Assembly: GCA_938091905.1 (NCBI GenBank)
Contig: CALKOM010000012.1
Span: forward strand, 1 to 48,591
Source: an uncultured Verrucomicrobiales bacterium
GTDB taxonomy: Bacteria > Verrucomicrobiota > Verrucomicrobiia > Verrucomicrobiales > DEV007
Length of the DNA stretch: 48,591 nt
Direction: 5' to 3'
In this document: piece after piece, positions 45,237 to 48,591 of the stretch
How the letters are laid out: every line of letters starts with the position of its first letter
Numbering within the stretch: position 1 is the stretch's first letter
Made by a program: the position numbers and the translations under genes
The notes under the pieces: generated by a model
What the model was told of the DNA's origin: nothing
The model's input: only the letters and a program-made list of their open reading frames with translations
Database searches by the model: none

Positions 45237-48200
45237 TTAGCGCTTCATCACGCAGTCATCATAAGCCATGAGGCTGTTGGCGACCACGGTGACGGCGGCA
45301 AGCTTGGGGAGCGGAGCATCTTTGGCGAGGGGCGCTTCTCCGGTTTCTAGGTAGGCTTTCGCCTCATCGGGATGGTCGGTGAAGTAGGTTAGCTGTTCTT
45401 TAAACATCGCTTCTAGCACATTGACTTCAGCGGGTTTGGGCTTTCGGCTTGTCATACGACGAAACATTTCTGCGAAGAGTCTCTTCCTATCGTCGTCATG
45501 CTTACTTAGGAGATCGCTTGCCATGGAGCGAGCTGCCTCGATTGCTTGTGGGTCATTCAAATAAACGAACGCTTGTAATGGGGTGGCAGTGTTTGCACGT
45601 TTCACTGTACAGACGTCACGCTTGGGGGCATCCAAAGCGATCATGACGGGAGCTGGGCTCGTGCGTTTCCAATAGGTGTAGAGGCTTCGGCGATAGAGCC
45701 CCGCATCCTTGGCATGGGCAACAGGCTTGAAGCTAGCAGCCACTTCGTAGGGCTTCACGGAGGGACCACCTAACTGATTTACTAAAAGACCGCTGACAGA
45801 GAGCGCGTTGTCACGAATCATCTCGGCGGCAAGGCGATAGCGCGGCGCGCGTGCGAGCCAGACATTCTCAGGATCCTTAGACTGTAATTCAGGCGAAGCT
45901 TTGGAGGATTGTCGATAGGTTTGTGAGAGTACCATCTGTCGAATCAACCTGCGGAGATCCCAATCATTCTGAACAAACTCGTGTGCCAGCCAATCCAGGA
46001 GCTTTGGATGGGTGGGCGACGATGCCTGGCTACCAAAGTCTTCGGGCGTGGCGACAAGACCTTTGCCGAAGAACATCTGCCAATAGCGATTCACGGTGAC
46101 GCGAGCGGTGAGTGGTTGGTTTGGATCCGTCAACCACTGAGCCAGTCCGAGGCGATTCTTCGGCATGCTAGGATCCATGGGAGGCAGGGCCTTAGGCGTG
46201 TCTGATTCGACGGTCTCTGCCCGCGCATCGTAGGCCCCACGAGCTAGCAGGTAAGATTGCCTCGGCTGTGCGGTCTCTTTCATGACCATGATTTCCTGGA
46301 TGGGATCCACAAGCTTGCTGCGCTGATCAAGAAGTTCCTTAAGCGCGATGCGTTGGGCTTCGGAGCCTGGCGCTGTAGCAGTGCCAGGCTTCTCGGCTTG
46401 TCCTGACAAATAGGCGACTTCGTTTCGAGTGATCGCGCGTTCGAAGACACGGAAGTCATCAATCATGCCGCCACGAAAGCCGCGATCTCGAAAGCGCTGC
46501 CCCAAGGCGATTTCGTCGCCACCACCACCAGTGATGTTCTTGGTCAACTGATCGCGTATCATCTCGACCGCGCTCTCTTTACCATCGATAAAGATCTGTA
46601 GACCATCAGCGCGGCTGGAACCGTCAGACGTGACGCTGACATGAACCCAGCTGTCTAGCGGAAGGGGATCTACCGCTCGGATGGAGATGGCATTTCCTGG
46701 CCAGAAATGAATCAAAGACCAACGGAGGTGGCCATTTTCCAGCAAGACTTCGTAGCCTCGGGAGGCAGCGTCCGTCCAGGCACGTGATCGATGCGCGACG
46801 ACCGCGCGCTCTGAAAGCTCGCTCGCTTGCATCCACCAAGCCAGAGTGAATGGCTGATTGCGGGAGAAGTTGCCTAGTTTCAGGTTCACGGCGTCATCGC
46901 CCGTGAGTCGGATGGCCTGACCATGTTTGCCTGAGGCTAGCTTGTTTGCTTTGCTGGACTCCGCTGGGGTTTCTGGCTTTGCTTCGTTGGGCAGCTTGCC
47001 GTCCACACGCTCATCGAAGGTGAAGTGTCCGATCTGACCAGACAACGTTTCGATTGGAGTCGGTTCCGCTGCAAATACTTCTGATTCTGCTAGGCTGATG
47101 GCGGCAGCGCTTGCCTTAATATCGCGATCTTGTTCTTCCGAAGGCAAGAGCAGGGTTGGTGTGGGAATCGAGTTGTTGAAATACGCGTAGAGCCCTGCCT
47201 CATCGATATTCGCGAAGAACGAAGAGAACTGGTAATACTCTTTCTGGGTGAGGGGATCGTACTTGTGATCGTGGCAACGACTACATTCTAACGTGAGTCC
47301 AAGAAATGCGGTGCCAAAGGTGTGCGTGCGATCAGCCACATACTCGATGCGGAATTCTTCGGGCACACTACCACCTTCGACCTTCTGTGAGTGCAAGCGG
47401 TTGAACGTGGTTGCTAGGATTTGGTCTTTGGTCGCATTTGGCAAGAGGTCTCCCGCGAGTTGCCAAGTGATGAAGTCGTCATAGGGCAGATTCTCATTGA
47501 ATGCGCGGATGACCCAATCTCTCCAAGGCCAGACTTGGCGGTCGCGATCTACCTGATAGCCAAAGCTGTCAGAATAGCGAGCGACGTCCATCCATTCAGC
47601 CGCGAGACGTTCGCCATGGTGTTTGCTCTTGAGCAGACGCTCCACCAGGCGCTCATAGGCGTCGACTTCTGTGTTTGCTAGGAAGATGTCGATCTCTGAA
47701 GTGGTTGGTGGGAGGCCTGTGATATCAAAAGTGACCCGGCGTATGAGGCGTTCCTTTGAGGCGTCTTCTCCCAAAGTCCACGACTGCTCTTCTAAACGAG
47801 CCTGCACGAAGCGATCGATGTCCGTGCGGACTGGAGAGTCTTCATTGACACTAGGAACGGGAATCTCTTCGAGTCGACTGAAAGACCAATGCTCGTCATA
47901 GACTGCCCCTTCGCGGATCCATAGCTGCAACGTTTCTTTTTCGGCAGGTGTTAGACCGTGGTTTCGATCCGGCGGGGGCATGAGTTCGTCAGGATCGGTT
48001 GATAGTATCCTAACGATAACTTCACTTTTATCGGGATGTTCTGGAGCGATCGCCGCAAGTCCACTGTCCGTGAGTTTCTGCGCGTCTTCACGGATGTCCA
48101 AACGCAGCCCCGCTTTGCGTTTGCCGCCATCGGGCCCGTGACAGTGGAAGCATCGATCAGAAAGAATGGGGCGGACGTCGCGGTTGAAGTCGATGGGTTC

Positions 48201-48275
48201 CGCCTGCATCCAGACCGTGCTGCTCAAAAGCAGGCTGGTCGTCAGAAACGAGAAGAGGCGCTTGCTGAATTCCAT
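45237..48275 (-). CDS. Planctomycete cytochrome c + DUF1549 + LamG-like + DUF1553 protein
   Basis: DFNRDVRPILSDRCFHCHGPD, HWSF, WMDVARYSD, CSRCHDHKYDP, LamG-like WVHVSVT..IDDFRVF, RVTVNRYWQ, YRRSLY. Confidence 0.93.
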   Translation of the reverse strand: MEFSKRLFSFLTTSLLLSSTVWMQAEPIDFNRDVRPILSDRCFHCHGPDGGKRKAGLRLDIREDAQKLTDSGLAAIAPEHPDKSEVIVRILSTDPDELMPPPDRNHGLTPAEKETLQLWIREGAVYDEHWSFSRLEEIPVPSVNEDSPVRTDIDRFVQARLEEQSWTLGEDASKERLIRRVTFDITGLPPTTSEIDIFLANTEVDAYERLVERLLKSKHHGERLAAEWMDVARYSDSFGYQVDRDRQVWPWRDWVIRAFNENLPYDDFITWQLAGDLLPNATKDQILATTFNRLHSQKVEGGSVPEEFRIEYVADRTHTFGTAFLGLTLECSRCHDHKYDPLTQKEYYQFSSFFANIDEAGLYAYFNNSIPTPTLLLPSEEQDRDIKASAAAISLAESEVFAAEPTPIETLSGQIGHFTFDERVDGKLPNEAKPETPAESSKANKLASGKHGQAIRLTGDDAVNLKLGNFSRNQPFTLAWWMQASELSERAVVAHRSRAWTDAASRGYEVLLENGHLRWSLIHFWPGNAISIRAVDPLPLDSWVHVSVTSDGSSRADGLQIFIDGKESAVEMIRDQLTKNITGGGGDEIALGQRFRDRGFRGGMIDDFRVFERAITRNEVAYLSGQAEKPGTATAPGSEAQRIALKELLDQRSKLVDPIQEIMVMKETAQPRQSYLLARGAYDARAETVESDTPKALPPMDPSMPKNRLGLAQWLTDPNQPLTARVTVNRYWQMFFGKGLVATPEDFGSQASSPTHPKLLDWLAHEFVQNDWDLRRLIRQMVLSQTYRQSSKASPELQSKDPENVWLARAPRYRLAAEMIRDNALSVSGLLVNQLGGPSVKPYEVAASFKPVAHAKDAGLYRRSLYTYWKRTSPAPVMIALDAPKRDVCTVKRANTATPLQAFVYLNDPQAIEAARSMASDLLSKHDDDRKRLFAEMFRRMTSRKPKPAEVNVLEAMFKEQLTYFTDHPDEAKAYLETGEAPLAKDAPLPKLAAVTVVANSLMAYDDCVMKR

Positions 48276-48349
48276 AAGACTCAGAATCGAACCTGAGGCC
48301 GAGGGTGCAAGTATTATTCGATCACTTTAACTTGGTCTGGATGATCTAG

Positions 48350-48591
48350 CCTGCATTATTTATGAAAAACACATTTAGATGAATATTTTAGAGCATAACT
48401 TATTGGTGAACAGTTAGTTATGACTATAAGAAGAGGCGATTCAGGTAAAGGCAAAGACGCACGCAAACCTTTCAAAGTAGCTTCACTATTCGGGAGGCGG
48501 AGGGAGGCGCAGTTTGACGAACCCGAACTCTCCAGCGACGCCGGTCTCGCAGCGCTCGTGAGTAGTGGCATCGCCGATGGTTTGTTAGCCA
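48350..48591 (+). mobile_element. 5' end of an IS1380-family element (transposase starts at ATG 48420, truncated by the window end)
   Basis: ORF MTIRRGDSG..AQFDEPELSSDAGLAAL matches the IS1380 N-terminal FD...LSSDAGL motif. The putative left end CCTGCATTATTTAT coincides with an abrupt AT-rich shift. Confidence 0.75.

Noticed and set aside
1..48591. The whole window as a composite transposon or island bounded by IS elements
   Set aside because: The two ends belong to different IS families (ISL3 and IS1380) and the interior holds core genes (guaA, pyrD, ribD, nth, phoH). The ends are more likely assembly breaks at repeats.

Overview
This is a 48.6 kb bacterial window, most likely Verrucomicrobiota or another PVC lineage, inferred from two DUF1549/DUF1553 + DUF1501 pairs and a remnant of a planctomycete-type ECF sigma factor. 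It is bounded by the 3' end of an ISL3 element on the left and the 5' end of an IS1380-like element on the right. The first 15 kb is a compact, non-canonical type IV filament locus: a divergent secretin, then pilT, four very divergent PilM/N/O/P-like genes, PilW/X/V-like minor pilins, pilC, the major pilin, a decayed major-pilin paralogue, three further pilins and pilB. No prepilin peptidase or PilY1 lies in the window. Housekeeping genes follow (pyrD, guaA, ribD, gmhB-like, cdd with an in-frame TGA, nth, phoH). Other genes include a second GspF/PilC gene, an orphan flavin-dependent halogenase, a TPR-redoxin fusion, an AAA ATPase, a 759 bp internally deleted IS3, an orphan large FtsZ/tubulin-like GTPase and a ~1020 aa secreted multi-lectin protein. 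All calls come from reading motifs by eye; no database searches were run.
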